Assembly (NCBI GenBank): GCA_963779225.1
Contig: CAVZWW010000003.1
Location: 1,010,034 to 1,074,033 of the forward strand
Reading direction: 5' to 3'
Length of the DNA stretch: 64,000 nt
Source: an uncultured Bacteroidota bacterium
GTDB taxonomy: Bacteria > Bacteroidota > Ignavibacteria > UBA10030 > UBA6906
The notes under the pieces were generated by a model. The model saw only the letters and a list, made by a program, of their open reading frames with translations, was not told where the DNA came from and made no database searches. The translations under genes and the position numbers were made by a program. The stretch's first letter is position 1. The number at the start of each line of letters is the position of its first letter. Shown here piece by piece: positions 38,446-49,037 of this stretch.

Positions 38446-39597
38446 GTGAACTCTCCGACACAGCAATCACGTCTCCTCTCGCTCGATGCATTCCGTGGAG
38501 CGACCATTGCCGGCATGATCCTCGTCAATAACCCGGGCACCTGGGGAGATATCTATCCCCAGCTCCGGCATGCCGCCTGGCACGGGTGGACGTTTACCGA
38601 TTTCATTTTTCCGTTCTTTCTCTGGATCGTCGGCGTTTCCATGACGCTCTCGTTTGCCAAACGAGTCCAGCAGGGGGCTGACAAGAAACACCTCCTCCTG
38701 CACGTTCTGCGCCGGGCGGCCATCATCTTCGGTCTGGGGCTCTTCCTGACTGGATTTCCATTCGGGCTTTTCTTCGGACATACTTTTTCGTGGGAGCACA
38801 TCCGGATCCCCGGTGTTCTCCAGCGCATCGCCGTCTGCTACCTCATTGCCAGTACCATCTTCATGTATTCGGGCATCCGGGGTCAGATCGCCTGGATTGT
38901 GGGGCTGCTGGCATCGTACTGGCTGATGATCACGCTGATTCCCGTTCCCGGGTACGGTGCGGGCATCCTTGAACCCCTTGGGAGTCTGGCATGGCATGTG
39001 GATTCGAATCTCCTTGCCGGCCACACCTGGAGGGGTGCTCCTGTGCCGGGATTCGATCCGGAGGGAATTCTGAGCACCATCCCGGCCATTGCGACAACAC
39101 TTCTCGGTGTCCTCACCGGCCACTGGCTGCGGACTGACCATTCACGGGAGGAAAAAACCGCCTGGATGTTTGTCGCCGGGAATTTCCTTCTCCTCCTCGG
39201 TGCGATTCTTGACATCTGGATGCCGATCAACAAAGGTCTGTGGACCAGCAGCTACGTTGTGTTCATGGGTGGCTGGGCGCTGGTGTGCCTTGCCATGTTC
39301 TACTGGCTGATCGACGTCAAAGGATATACGAAGTGGGCGACGCCGTTCGTCATCTATGGAATGAACGCGATTACCGTCTTCGTCCTCTCCGGACTTATCG
39401 CAAAGTCCATGGGGCTGATCCGCTGGACGCAGGCTGACGGGACGGTGATCTCTTTGCAGCGGTACCTGTACACGACCCTGTTTGCCCCTCTTGCCAGTCC
39501 CCTGAACGCATCGTTGCTCTGGGCCATTTGCTTTATTACGGTCATGTTCGGCGTGGTCTGGTTCATGTGGAAGAAGAAATGGTTTTTGAAGGTCTAA
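38446..39597 (+). CDS. nagX: NagX / HGSNAT-like (DUF5009) membrane acetyltransferase-family protein
   Basis: RLLSLDAFRG..MILVNNPG, HAAWHG.TFTDFIFPFFL, PGVLQRIA, DPEGILST and PINKGLWTSSY; multiple TM helices; start GTG 38446 or ATG 38374. Confidence 0.85.
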   Translation: MNSPTQQSRLLSLDAFRGATIAGMILVNNPGTWGDIYPQLRHAAWHGWTFTDFIFPFFLWIVGVSMTLSFAKRVQQGADKKHLLLHVLRRAAIIFGLGLFLTGFPFGLFFGHTFSWEHIRIPGVLQRIAVCYLIASTIFMYSGIRGQIAWIVGLLASYWLMITLIPVPGYGAGILEPLGSLAWHVDSNLLAGHTWRGAPVPGFDPEGILSTIPAIATTLLGVLTGHWLRTDHSREEKTAWMFVAGNFLLLLGAILDIWMPINKGLWTSSYVVFMGGWALVCLAMFYWLIDVKGYTKWATPFVIYGMNAITVFVLSGLIAKSMGLIRWTQADGTVISLQRYLYTTLFAPLASPLNASLLWAICFITVMFGVVWFMWKKKWFLKV

Positions 39598-39616
39598 ATG
39601 GAGTGAGACGTTAAGA

Positions 39617-41341
39617 ATGCGAATGCACACACTCATCCAAACCATTATCCTTATGGCAACAGTCCCGGTATTTGCCGCCGCACAGTCCTCACAGGATGCA
39701 CTTCTCAAAGAGATTCAGAAGTTCGAACGGGAATACGGTGGCCATCTTGGTGTGATGGCGAAGAATCTCAAGACCGGTGAGGAGTTCCGTTACAACGCGG
39801 CGGAACGGTTTCCCACCGCGAGCGTGATCAAATTCCCCGTGATGGTGGCATATTACCAGGCGGTGAGCGAAGGACGGATCGATCCGCAACAGCGCATCAC
39901 CCTGACCGCGTCGGATAAAAAGCCGAGCCTGTTGCAGCAGCTCGGAGACGGTTTGACCATGACCATCCAGGATGCCGTCCGGCTGATGATTGTGCTGAGC
40001 GACAATACCGCAACAAACCTCGTTCTTGACAGGCTGGCGGATACACATGCCGCCCGGCTGCAGACGGTGAATGATCTGATGATCCGTCTCGGACTCAAGA
40101 ATACCCGGTTGTTGAACCGTCTCTATACGTGGGACACAAAGCAGCCGACTCCGGAGGGGATCCGGTATGGCATCGGGGTCTCGACACCCGAAGATATGGT
40201 TGTGCTCCTGGAGGGCCTCTACCGGAAGACCCTCATCAATGAAAAGGCCTCGGAAGCGATGACCGAGGTGCTGCAGGCGCAATTCTATGACGACATGATT
40301 CCGCGCCTGCTTCCTGCGCAGGAGTGTGAGCGGCTCTCGGTTGCCCACAAAACCGGATTCGTCCAGGAATCGAAAGTGGATGTCGGGCTCATTCTCTCTG
40401 ACCGGGCCGACATTGCGATGGCGATTTTCATCGACAAGCACCCCGATCATGCCGAAGGCCTGAACAACACCGCCCTCCTTCTGGCGGGGTTTGTTTCCCG
40501 GGCCATCTGGAATCACTTCACCGGCATGACGGGGTACACGCCGGGACGGGTGAATACCGCACACGTGGATTGGAACATGATTCCGGGCGGCAAGTGGGGG
40601 ATCTGGCGCTCACCGGTCGCACCCTTTCCGCATCCTGAGCGGGCCAACGGCTTGACACGCTCAGACGGCACGCACTACCCCTGGTTTCCCCACTACGCGG
40701 ACAGCAGTCTCGTGGTGTTCGTCCCGGCGAACCTGAAGGCGACGGACAACGGTGTGAACCTGATGGTGCACTTCCACGGACACATGAACGATAACATGGG
40801 GGTACTGGAACGATACGGAATTCCCCAGGCTCTGGTTGCAGAACACACCAATGCCATCCTGGTGCTTCCGCAGGGGCCCTACCGTGCGCGCGATTCCTTC
40901 GGAGGGAAGATGGAAGATCCCGGCGGACTCGAGCGCATGGTGAACGACGTCCTGATGACCCTGAAGAAGGAAGAGGTCATCAAGGAGGCAAAACTGGACA
41001 GGCTCATTCTTTCCGCCCACAGCGGCGGGTACCGTCCGGTGGCGTTCTGTCTGGACCGCGGTGGGCTCAATGCGCACATCACGGACCTGTTTCTTTTTGA
41101 CGCCTTCTACGGTAACTTCGACCTGTATCGTGCGTGGTTGCTCGGGGGGAAAGGGATCATCAATGCCGCGTACACCGATCACCTGGCGGAAGAGCACACC
41201 TCGTTTGCGGCCGGTCTTGATCCGCAAATAGCGGGGCGTTTCCACAGCACACATACACCGGTGGAACACGATCAGGTTCTGCAGGAATTTCTGCGTCCGT
41301 GGTTGAGGCAACTCCCCGAGACCTGGAAAATCACACCTTAA
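39617..41341 (+). CDS. Exported fusion: class-A beta-lactamase-like serine peptidase + C-terminal alpha/beta-hydrolase
   Basis: FPTASVIK (SxxK), SDN and HKTG; second domain VHFHGH, LSAHSGGY (nucleophile elbow) and LFDAFY; signal peptide. Confidence 0.8.
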   Translation: MRMHTLIQTIILMATVPVFAAAQSSQDALLKEIQKFEREYGGHLGVMAKNLKTGEEFRYNAAERFPTASVIKFPVMVAYYQAVSEGRIDPQQRITLTASDKKPSLLQQLGDGLTMTIQDAVRLMIVLSDNTATNLVLDRLADTHAARLQTVNDLMIRLGLKNTRLLNRLYTWDTKQPTPEGIRYGIGVSTPEDMVVLLEGLYRKTLINEKASEAMTEVLQAQFYDDMIPRLLPAQECERLSVAHKTGFVQESKVDVGLILSDRADIAMAIFIDKHPDHAEGLNNTALLLAGFVSRAIWNHFTGMTGYTPGRVNTAHVDWNMIPGGKWGIWRSPVAPFPHPERANGLTRSDGTHYPWFPHYADSSLVVFVPANLKATDNGVNLMVHFHGHMNDNMGVLERYGIPQALVAEHTNAILVLPQGPYRARDSFGGKMEDPGGLERMVNDVLMTLKKEEVIKEAKLDRLILSAHSGGYRPVAFCLDRGGLNAHITDLFLFDAFYGNFDLYRAWLLGGKGIINAAYTDHLAEEHTSFAAGLDPQIAGRFHSTHTPVEHDQVLQEFLRPWLRQLPETWKITP

Positions 41342-41359
41342 CATCAGCACTGGATCATT

Positions 41360-43717
41360 ATGCCACTGAAGAACTACGACACTTCCTCCTCGGTTGAGGC
41401 GTACGAGCTCGCCAAAACCGGCCGGCGGTTTATCTACCCGCCCACGGAAAAGATTAAGATTATTGAAGTCGAAAACTTTCCCCTTCTGGGGAAGCTCACA
41501 GCCTTCCGCTTCATCGAGTGGGTGTTAAAGAACCCCGGCGGCGTAATTTCCCTGCCCACGGGGAAGACCCCCGAGCACTTCATCAGGTGGGTGACGCGAA
41601 TCCTGGAGCGCTGGGAAACACCGGACATCAAGAAATACTTCGATCAATACGGGATTGATGCCTCCCGCAAGCCCGACATGGGGAGTCTGACGTTTGTGCA
41701 GATCGATGAGTTCTATCCTATGGACGCGCAGCAACAGAACAGCTTTTTCTGGTACGTCAATGAATTCTATATCAACGGATTCGGCTTGAAGCCGGAGAAA
41801 GCGATTCTGATCGATGCGACGAGCCTGGGTCTTCCTTCCGGGACGACGATGCAGCAGATGTTCCCTGGCAATATCGTTGACCTCAGCCTGCGCGTCCGCC
41901 AGACACGGACGGACCAGGAACAGCGTCAGAAGGAAGTGATCAACAGGGTGGACGAGTTCTGCATGGAGTACGAGCGGAAGATCCGCGAAATGGGCGGCAT
42001 CGGTTTCTTTCTAGGCGGGATCGGTCCGGACGGCCATATCGCGTTCAATGTGCGGGGATCCAGCGTCTATTCCGTAACGCGGCTCACCGGAACAAACTAC
42101 GAAACCCAGGCTGCGGCTGCAACGGATCTGGGGGGAATCGAGATTTCCCGCAGCCGGCTGGTGATCACCATCGGCCTTGCGACCATCACGCACAATCCCC
42201 GTGCCACCGCGATCATTATTGCCGCAGGCGATGCCAAGGCTCCCATCGTAGCAGCGGCTATTCAGAACGGGAAAAGCCCGCAGTACCCCGCATCCGTCTT
42301 GCAGGATCTGGAGGGCGGGCGGATGTACCTGTCAAAAGGCGCTTCGAGCCGCCTCGTGGAACGCCGGTTCGAGGACTTCTGTAAGAAAACAACGCTTGCG
42401 CATGGAGATGTCGATGATGTTGTCGTCCCTCTTGCGTTAACGAAGGGCAAGGAAATCAGCCTTCTCACCGAACAGGATTTTGCCTCTGACCGCTTTGGCG
42501 TCGAGCTGTTGCGGCGGGCGGAAACGAGTGCACGCGACGTGGCCGAGACAACACGCCAGCGGCTGATTGCAAAACTGGATCGCGGCCTTGGCCAGGTCAG
42601 CAAGACCGTGTTCCTGCATACGGAACCGCACCATGACGATATCATGCTCGGCTATCTGGCGCACATTTATCACCTGGTGCGCGATCCGAGCAACAAACAC
42701 TACTTTGCCAACCTTACCTCCGGTTTCACGGCGGTCTCCAATACGCTCTGCCTGAGTATCATCATTAATCTGGAGCAGTATATCGAGACAGCCGATTTCC
42801 AGCGGCTCCTGAAAGAGGGGTACTTCAGTCCGAAGCACGGCGGGCGGCGCATGGAAGACGTGTTCCTCTATCTCGACGGTGTTGCCGCGAGCAGCGCGGA
42901 GAAAACGAGCGAGGGGGAAGCACGCCGCATCCTGCGCAACCTGATCGAGGTGTATGAAACCAGCGACATGCGTGTGCTCCGCCTGCGCGTGAAGGAGCTG
43001 CACGAATATTTTGTGACCCAGTACCCGGGGGCGAAGGATCCGCCGGACATCCAGGTGTTCAAGGGGACGATCCGTGAGTGGGAGGTGGAACTGCTCTGGG
43101 CGTACTTCGGGATCGATGCCACGGCGATCTCGGCGCTGCGCCTGGGGTTCTACAAAGGAGACATATTTTCGGAAGAACCGGAAATGGACCGTGACGTCAT
43201 CCCGATCTTCCAGTTGATCAAGAAAGTGAAACCGAACGTCCTTTCGGTTGCGTTTGATCCGGAAGGTAGCGGTCCCGACACGCATTACAAGGCCCTGCAG
43301 GCGGTTGCCGAAGCTCTGCGGATGTACGAGAAGGAAAGCGGCGACACCACAATGCGCGTGTGGGGATACCGGAATGTCTGGTATCGCTTCCGCCCGTCCG
43401 AGGCGGACCTGATGGTGCCGGTCTCGCTCAATTCCCTGTCCCTCCTGCATACCGCCTTCATGAACTGCTTCGGTTCCCAGAGTGCTGCGTCGTTCCCGAG
43501 TTATGAATACGACGGACCGTTTTCTGAACTCGCCCAGAAGATTCAGGTTGAGCAGTACGACATGATGAAGACCTGTCTGGGGAAGGAGTTTTTCCAGCAT
43601 CACGAACACCCGCGCATGCGCGCGGCGCGGGGGATGATCTTCCTCAAGGAGATGAATCTCCAGGAATTCTACGAGAAGGTCCGCGAACTGAAGAAGATCA
43701 CCGAGGCGAGGGACTAG
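41360..43717 (+). CDS. nagB: Glucosamine-6-phosphate deaminase fused to a PIG-L/LmbE-like domain
   Basis: ISLPTGKTP, QIDEFYP, LGGIGPDGHIAFN and ITIGLATI (NagB); C-terminal EPHHDDIMLG and DPEGSGPDTH (PIG-L-like). Confidence 0.85.
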   Translation: MPLKNYDTSSSVEAYELAKTGRRFIYPPTEKIKIIEVENFPLLGKLTAFRFIEWVLKNPGGVISLPTGKTPEHFIRWVTRILERWETPDIKKYFDQYGIDASRKPDMGSLTFVQIDEFYPMDAQQQNSFFWYVNEFYINGFGLKPEKAILIDATSLGLPSGTTMQQMFPGNIVDLSLRVRQTRTDQEQRQKEVINRVDEFCMEYERKIREMGGIGFFLGGIGPDGHIAFNVRGSSVYSVTRLTGTNYETQAAAATDLGGIEISRSRLVITIGLATITHNPRATAIIIAAGDAKAPIVAAAIQNGKSPQYPASVLQDLEGGRMYLSKGASSRLVERRFEDFCKKTTLAHGDVDDVVVPLALTKGKEISLLTEQDFASDRFGVELLRRAETSARDVAETTRQRLIAKLDRGLGQVSKTVFLHTEPHHDDIMLGYLAHIYHLVRDPSNKHYFANLTSGFTAVSNTLCLSIIINLEQYIETADFQRLLKEGYFSPKHGGRRMEDVFLYLDGVAASSAEKTSEGEARRILRNLIEVYETSDMRVLRLRVKELHEYFVTQYPGAKDPPDIQVFKGTIREWEVELLWAYFGIDATAISALRLGFYKGDIFSEEPEMDRDVIPIFQLIKKVKPNVLSVAFDPEGSGPDTHYKALQAVAEALRMYEKESGDTTMRVWGYRNVWYRFRPSEADLMVPVSLNSLSLLHTAFMNCFGSQSAASFPSYEYDGPFSELAQKIQVEQYDMMKTCLGKEFFQHHEHPRMRAARGMIFLKEMNLQEFYEKVRELKKITEARD

Positions 43718-43721
43718 GACC

Positions 43722-44639
43722 ATGCGAAAAGTGATCTGTATTCTCCTGCTCTGCGGGAGCGTTTCGGCCGCTTCCGGACAGATCCGGATCACCGCAACCC
43801 GCCCGCTGGACCTGCCGGCCGCTCAACAGTGGCTTGCACCCCGGTTCGCCCCGGACGGGCTCTCCATTTTTCTGACCACAAACGGTTATGCAGGTATTTA
43901 CCGGTATGTGACCGCCACGGGCGAACTCCAGACAGTGACCGATGAACCCGGAGCCGGATTCGGTTTCGCCGTGTCGAAGGACGGCAACCGCCTGGCGTAC
44001 CGCCGGACGGCATACGGGCGGACCGCCTTCGAGCGGACGCAGGAAATCGTAGATGTCGATCTCCGGAATCGGACGCGTGTGAACCGGGGAGCCGGCGACA
44101 ATCTCTCCACACCGGTGTTTCTCGGGGAAACGATCCTCTTCAGCACACGAACGGAAGCAGCCGTCATCCCGCAGGCGGACGGCGTCGAACAAGGTGCCGT
44201 TCTCCTCGGCATCGAAGAGACAAAAATCGCGCTTGTCGTGAATGGCCGGAAAGTACTGCTCGACCCGTTCAAAGACGGAAGTTACGTCTGGCCTTCTCTT
44301 TCTCCGGACGGTTCAAAACTCGTCGCCTACGAAATGGCCCGAGGCACGTTTGTGTGCGACCTTGCCGGCACCGTGCAGGCAAACCTCGGACGGCGGGATG
44401 CCCCCGCCTGGACCCGGGACGGACGGTGGATCGTCGGCGTGGAGGAGAAGGACGACGGTCACCGGATCCTGGGCGCCGACCTTTTTGCGATGGCCGCTGA
44501 CGGGTCACAGACCGTCCGCCTTACGGATTCGCCCGCTATCGAGCTCAATCCTTCCTGTTCCCCTTCAGGCAATGTCATCGTCTGCAATACGGCCGACGGG
44601 AAGATCCTCCTCCTGAATTATGAGGAGGTGCTGCGATGA
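43722..44639 (+). CDS. Exported TolB-like (PD40) beta-propeller protein
   Basis: Signal peptide; PRFAPDG, PSLSPDGSKLVAY, PAWTRDGRWI and PSCSPSG repeats; ATGA overlap with the next gene. Confidence 0.8.
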   Translation: MRKVICILLLCGSVSAASGQIRITATRPLDLPAAQQWLAPRFAPDGLSIFLTTNGYAGIYRYVTATGELQTVTDEPGAGFGFAVSKDGNRLAYRRTAYGRTAFERTQEIVDVDLRNRTRVNRGAGDNLSTPVFLGETILFSTRTEAAVIPQADGVEQGAVLLGIEETKIALVVNGRKVLLDPFKDGSYVWPSLSPDGSKLVAYEMARGTFVCDLAGTVQANLGRRDAPAWTRDGRWIVGVEEKDDGHRILGADLFAMAADGSQTVRLTDSPAIELNPSCSPSGNVIVCNTADGKILLLNYEEVLR

Positions 44640-47143
44640 AACGGCTCCTCCTTCTTTTCTTCTCTCTCGTGTTCGTCGTCCTCACCGCATCGGGTCAGCG
44701 GACGGACCTGAGCGGACTCAAGTTTTGCATCGATCCCGGCCACGGGGGGAACAACCCTGCGAACGACCGGCACGTTATTCCGGACCCCGGCACCGACTTC
44801 TGGGAGTCCGAAAGCAATTTCCAGAAGGCCCTGCATCTGGACACGCTCCTGAAAGCTCAGGGTGCATGGGTGATCCTGACACGGTATACAAATTCCTATC
44901 CTGCGGACGACGAGCCGTCGCTCAGTGCTCGGTGGCAACTCGCGAACGCCAACAACGTGAACTGGTTTCACTCGCATACACACGAACGCCTTCAACGGTA
45001 CCGTGAACTATACGCTTCTGCTCGTGAAGGAAGACATCGCCACACGTCAGCCCGCATGGCCGCAGGCGGTGACGATGTCCAACATCATCGGTCCGGCTAT
45101 TCAGGCGAAGCTGCGCAACACCCCGCGTTCGACGTATACATATCTGGACTACACGTTTTATGGTGGTCCCCCCAACGGCTACAATCTCGGTGTCCTGAAC
45201 GGTCTGGCAATGCCCGGAGAACTCTCGGAAGGATCGTTTCACGACTATTATCCCGAAACCCGCCGTCTGATGAACAATTCTTACCGGAAAATGGAGGCGT
45301 ACGCTCTCCGCGACTCCTTCATGCAATATTTCGGTGTTCCCGCGGACACGCTCGGGATCATCGCGGGACTGCAGGTGGATCTGGCCACCGGGAAACTGCT
45401 GAACCTCTCTCGTGTGCGCCTGGTCCCGGGCAATCGTATCTACACGGGCGATACGTTCAATAACGGGTTCTATATGTTTGACAGTGTTCCGGCCGGCCTG
45501 TACACGCTCTACTTCGAAACTCCAGGCTACACGCCTGATTCCGTTCTTGTCAGCGTGGGCACTGGAGGGACGGTGTTTGTGGACCGCTCTTTCGTGTCAT
45601 TTGCCGCGCCGACCATCGTCACGTCCAGTCCTGTAAAGAATGATCCGGCATTTCCGGCACCGAACCCGATCGTGATCAATTTCTCGAAACCGATGGATAC
45701 GGCATCGGTCCGGAGTGCATTTTCCATTTCGCCACCCGTCGAATGGCGCCTTCCTCTGGTCCAACGGAAACGCAAAACTGACGTTTGACCCCGATTCGAT
45801 TCTTCCGGTGGCTGTTGACCTTTACCGTCCGGCTTGATACCTCCGCGCACTCCGCCACCGGCCAGGTGCTGGACGGCAACGGGGATGGGACACCGGGCGA
45901 CCCGTTTGTCCTCTCCTTTACGTCAAAGTATGTGGATATCTTTCCGCCGGTATTTCTCTCGCGTTTTCCGGGTTCGGCCGACACGTTGCGCACGCCGGCC
46001 TCCTACGTGAATATGACTTTCGACGAACCTCTGGCCGTGTCCAGCGTCAACATATCCAATTTTGTGGTCCAGCAAATAGGCGCTTCCATTCAGGTCCGCA
46101 CGCTGGAGTACAGGGAAGAAAACGGGCGCGGAGGAGTGGTGATGTACCTGCCGAACGGCGTCATCCCGGGGGTCTCCTACCGGACACGCGTCAGCAGGGT
46201 TGCCGATGCTCTGGGGAATGCCATGCCGACGACACTATCGTCTCTGTGGGATTTTGCCGTGGATCCCGGATTGTTCAGCTATCAGACAATTGATTCACTG
46301 AACCCCGGATCGATTGCCTTCCTCCAACCTTCCGCTGGAACGGGAACGGTGGGGGTTGATGGTGCCATGTTCTCTGCTTCCACAGCCCGTGCGGTCGGCA
46401 GCGTGCCAGCTAATTCCGGATCGGCAAGTTTGCAGTTTGTGTGGGATACGACTGCGGCATCATGGCTTATCCACCTGCCCATCGATTCCTTGAGCGCAGG
46501 TGGAGGTCTCCGGTGGCAGAAGAGCGGACACCTTATCCGGGCTGCACTTTACGGAGATGCAGGGCAGCAGCAGTTCCGGTTTGCGCTGGGAGACGGTTCG
46601 ACACGGGAGGTGAGCCGGTGGCGGACAGTGGACTGGGTAGGCTGGCGCAATGTTGAGTGGGATCTTGAGCGCGATTCGCTCGGGTCGGGTACAGGCGATG
46701 GGGTGCTGGATGGCGAGCTCCGGTTTGATGCCGTTGAATTCCGTTATCTTCCCGGCTTCAGCAAGCAATCGGGTCAGCTGTACCTGGACCAGATTGAACT
46801 GGTGGAGAAGGGGACAACCGGTGTGGAGTCACGGATGTCATCTGTGCCTGCGGCGTTTGTGCTCCATCCCAACTACCCGAACCCGTTCAATCCCTCCACG
46901 CGTCTCTCCTATGATCTTGCCGCGGCGGGATTTGTGACATTGACCGTGTATGATCTCCTGGGGCGCGAAGTACGGCGTCTGGTGGACGGACAACAATCCG
47001 CAGGGCGGCATACGGTGGAGTGGGATGGCAGCGGTGTTGCCGCAAAGACTTCCAGTGGCGTATATATTGCGCGGCTCCGGGTGACAGGGGAAACCGGTGC
47101 GACGGTGTACAGCGCATCGCTCAAACTCCTGATGATGAAATAA
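44636..47143 (+). CDS. T9SS-secreted N-acetylmuramoyl-L-alanine amidase (Amidase_3) with Ig-like (Big_5) domains; split by three extra bases (834 aa when repaired)
   Basis: IDPGHGG, ESESN; removing C44975 restores SIHTNA; ELSEGSFHD; removing bases near 45741 and 45814-45817 restores a Big_5-like ..PPVNGAFLWSNGNAKLTFDPDSILPVAVTFTVRL..; HPNYPNPFNPST CTD. Confidence 0.8.
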
Positions 47144-47210
47144 TGTGGAACGGCGAAGTCCAATCCACAAGACGTTTCATCTCTTGCAGAAACACCAAGG
47201 CACAAGGAAA

Positions 47211-49037
47211 ATGTTGATACTCAACTCCACACTGTCCTTCCGGGGGCTTGCGAAGAAGGAAACCTGGTGGTCCTCCGGGATATTGATGCTTCTGATCGCC
47301 ATCCTCTCGGTTTCGGTCGCCCGGGTTCCGGCCTCTGCACAGGAGCCCGTCCGTCCGCCTCTCCTTCTTGTTGTGCCGGATACCGACACGACGATTACGG
47401 CCTCGGCCACATACCGCCTTTCGGGATCAACGATTCCTGGTGCGGCCGTCCGTCTGAACGGCAAGCCCATGCGTGTCTATCCCACCGGCGCGTTCGTCGG
47501 ACTTCTCCGTCTGGAACAGGGTGAGAATCTCTTTACGCTCACCGCCGTCGATTCTCCGGATGTGGTGGTGACGAAGGAATTCCTGATTGTCCGCAAGCCT
47601 CCCCTGACATCCACCCCCCGCGATACCCTTGCTATCGACACCGTCATGATCGAACCCTCTCAGGACCTCTGGCTCAATGAAGGAGACCTGCTCCGTGTGC
47701 AGATCAAGGGGACACCCGGGTGTACAGCCACATTCCTGGATGGAATGCCGATGAACGAGGTTGCTTCATCCGGTCCAAACGGTGTTGAAGGAATCTACCG
47801 TGGAGTGTACAGGGTCCGGGCAGATGATGTGTGGGAGAAGGCTGCCGTGCAGTTTACGCTTGCCGACAGCGCAGGCAGGAGTGTTGTCCGCGCGTCAGCC
47901 GGAAGACTCACCGCACGTCCGGGCCTCTTCCCGATTGTGGGCATTGCCCGCGGCGAGCGTCCCTATCTGAACTATGGCCTGGGTGAGGACCGGCTGGGTG
48001 GTGCGAAGCTCTCCTTCATCAGCGCCGGCGTGAGGCTGATGCTGACGGGGAAAGCCGGTGATCAGTATCGCGTGGAGCTGGCGGAGAATCAGGAAGCGTG
48101 GATTCCCGAACAGCAGGTGGAAGTGCAGCCGAAGGGAACGCCGCCGCCGTTTTCCCTGACCGGTTCATGGAACGTCTACGGGGAGAAGAACTACGACTAT
48201 GTCACCATAGCTCTTTCCGACAGGCTTCCGTATGCCTCGTTCGTGGAAGGAACCCCCACACGCATTTTTGTCGACCTGTACGGCGCCGTCTCGAACTCCA
48301 ACTGGATCACGCAACACCTGACCGCACGGGAGATTCTGAACGTGTCATACCGTCAGGTGGAAAAAAACCTTCTCCGGATCACGGTGCAGCTGAAACATCC
48401 TCAGGTCTGGGGGTATGCACTTGGCTACCGGGGGAACACTCTCGTGTTGAAAGTGCGCAGGCAGCCTGAAAAACTGGACCTGGACCGCCTGACGATCATG
48501 CTCGATGCCGGACATGGAGGGACGAACGACGGCGCAATCGGTTCCACCTGTGCAAAGGAGAAAGATATCAATCTTGCCATGGTGTTCCAGCTGAAACAGC
48601 TGCTGGAGGGACAAGGCGCAAAGGTACTGCTGACCAGACGGAACGATTCTTCCAGCACGAACGGTGAACGGCTGAAAGCGATTATCGGTTCAGAAGCCGA
48701 TCTCCTGATCAGCATACACTCGAACTCCATAGGCAATACCACGGATCCCGAAGCGACCAGAGGGGTCAGCACCTACTATCGTCATCAATGTTACCGCCCT
48801 CTTTCACAGGCGATTTATGCACGGGTCCTCAAAACCGGTCTGGCGCCCTTCGGAAACGTCGGCGGCTTCAATTTCACACTCAATTCCCCGACCGAACTGC
48901 CCAACGTGCTTGTGGAGCTCGCTTTCATGTCGCATCCGGAGGATGAAATGAAGCTTCTGGACGAAAAGTTCAGGGGAGAAATCGCTGAGCGGATTGTGGA
49001 GGGGGTGGAGGATTTTCTGGAAAGTAATGAAGACTGA
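47211..49037 (+). CDS. N-acetylmuramoyl-L-alanine amidase (C-terminal Amidase_3) with N-terminal accessory domains; exported, no T9SS CTD
   Basis: IMLDAGHGG, EKDINL, LLISIHSNS and VLVELAFMSHPED; hydrophobic signal; start uncertain. Confidence 0.88.
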   Translation: MLILNSTLSFRGLAKKETWWSSGILMLLIAILSVSVARVPASAQEPVRPPLLLVVPDTDTTITASATYRLSGSTIPGAAVRLNGKPMRVYPTGAFVGLLRLEQGENLFTLTAVDSPDVVVTKEFLIVRKPPLTSTPRDTLAIDTVMIEPSQDLWLNEGDLLRVQIKGTPGCTATFLDGMPMNEVASSGPNGVEGIYRGVYRVRADDVWEKAAVQFTLADSAGRSVVRASAGRLTARPGLFPIVGIARGERPYLNYGLGEDRLGGAKLSFISAGVRLMLTGKAGDQYRVELAENQEAWIPEQQVEVQPKGTPPPFSLTGSWNVYGEKNYDYVTIALSDRLPYASFVEGTPTRIFVDLYGAVSNSNWITQHLTAREILNVSYRQVEKNLLRITVQLKHPQVWGYALGYRGNTLVLKVRRQPEKLDLDRLTIMLDAGHGGTNDGAIGSTCAKEKDINLAMVFQLKQLLEGQGAKVLLTRRNDSSSTNGERLKAIIGSEADLLISIHSNSIGNTTDPEATRGVSTYYRHQCYRPLSQAIYARVLKTGLAPFGNVGGFNFTLNSPTELPNVLVELAFMSHPEDEMKLLDEKFRGEIAERIVEGVEDFLESNED

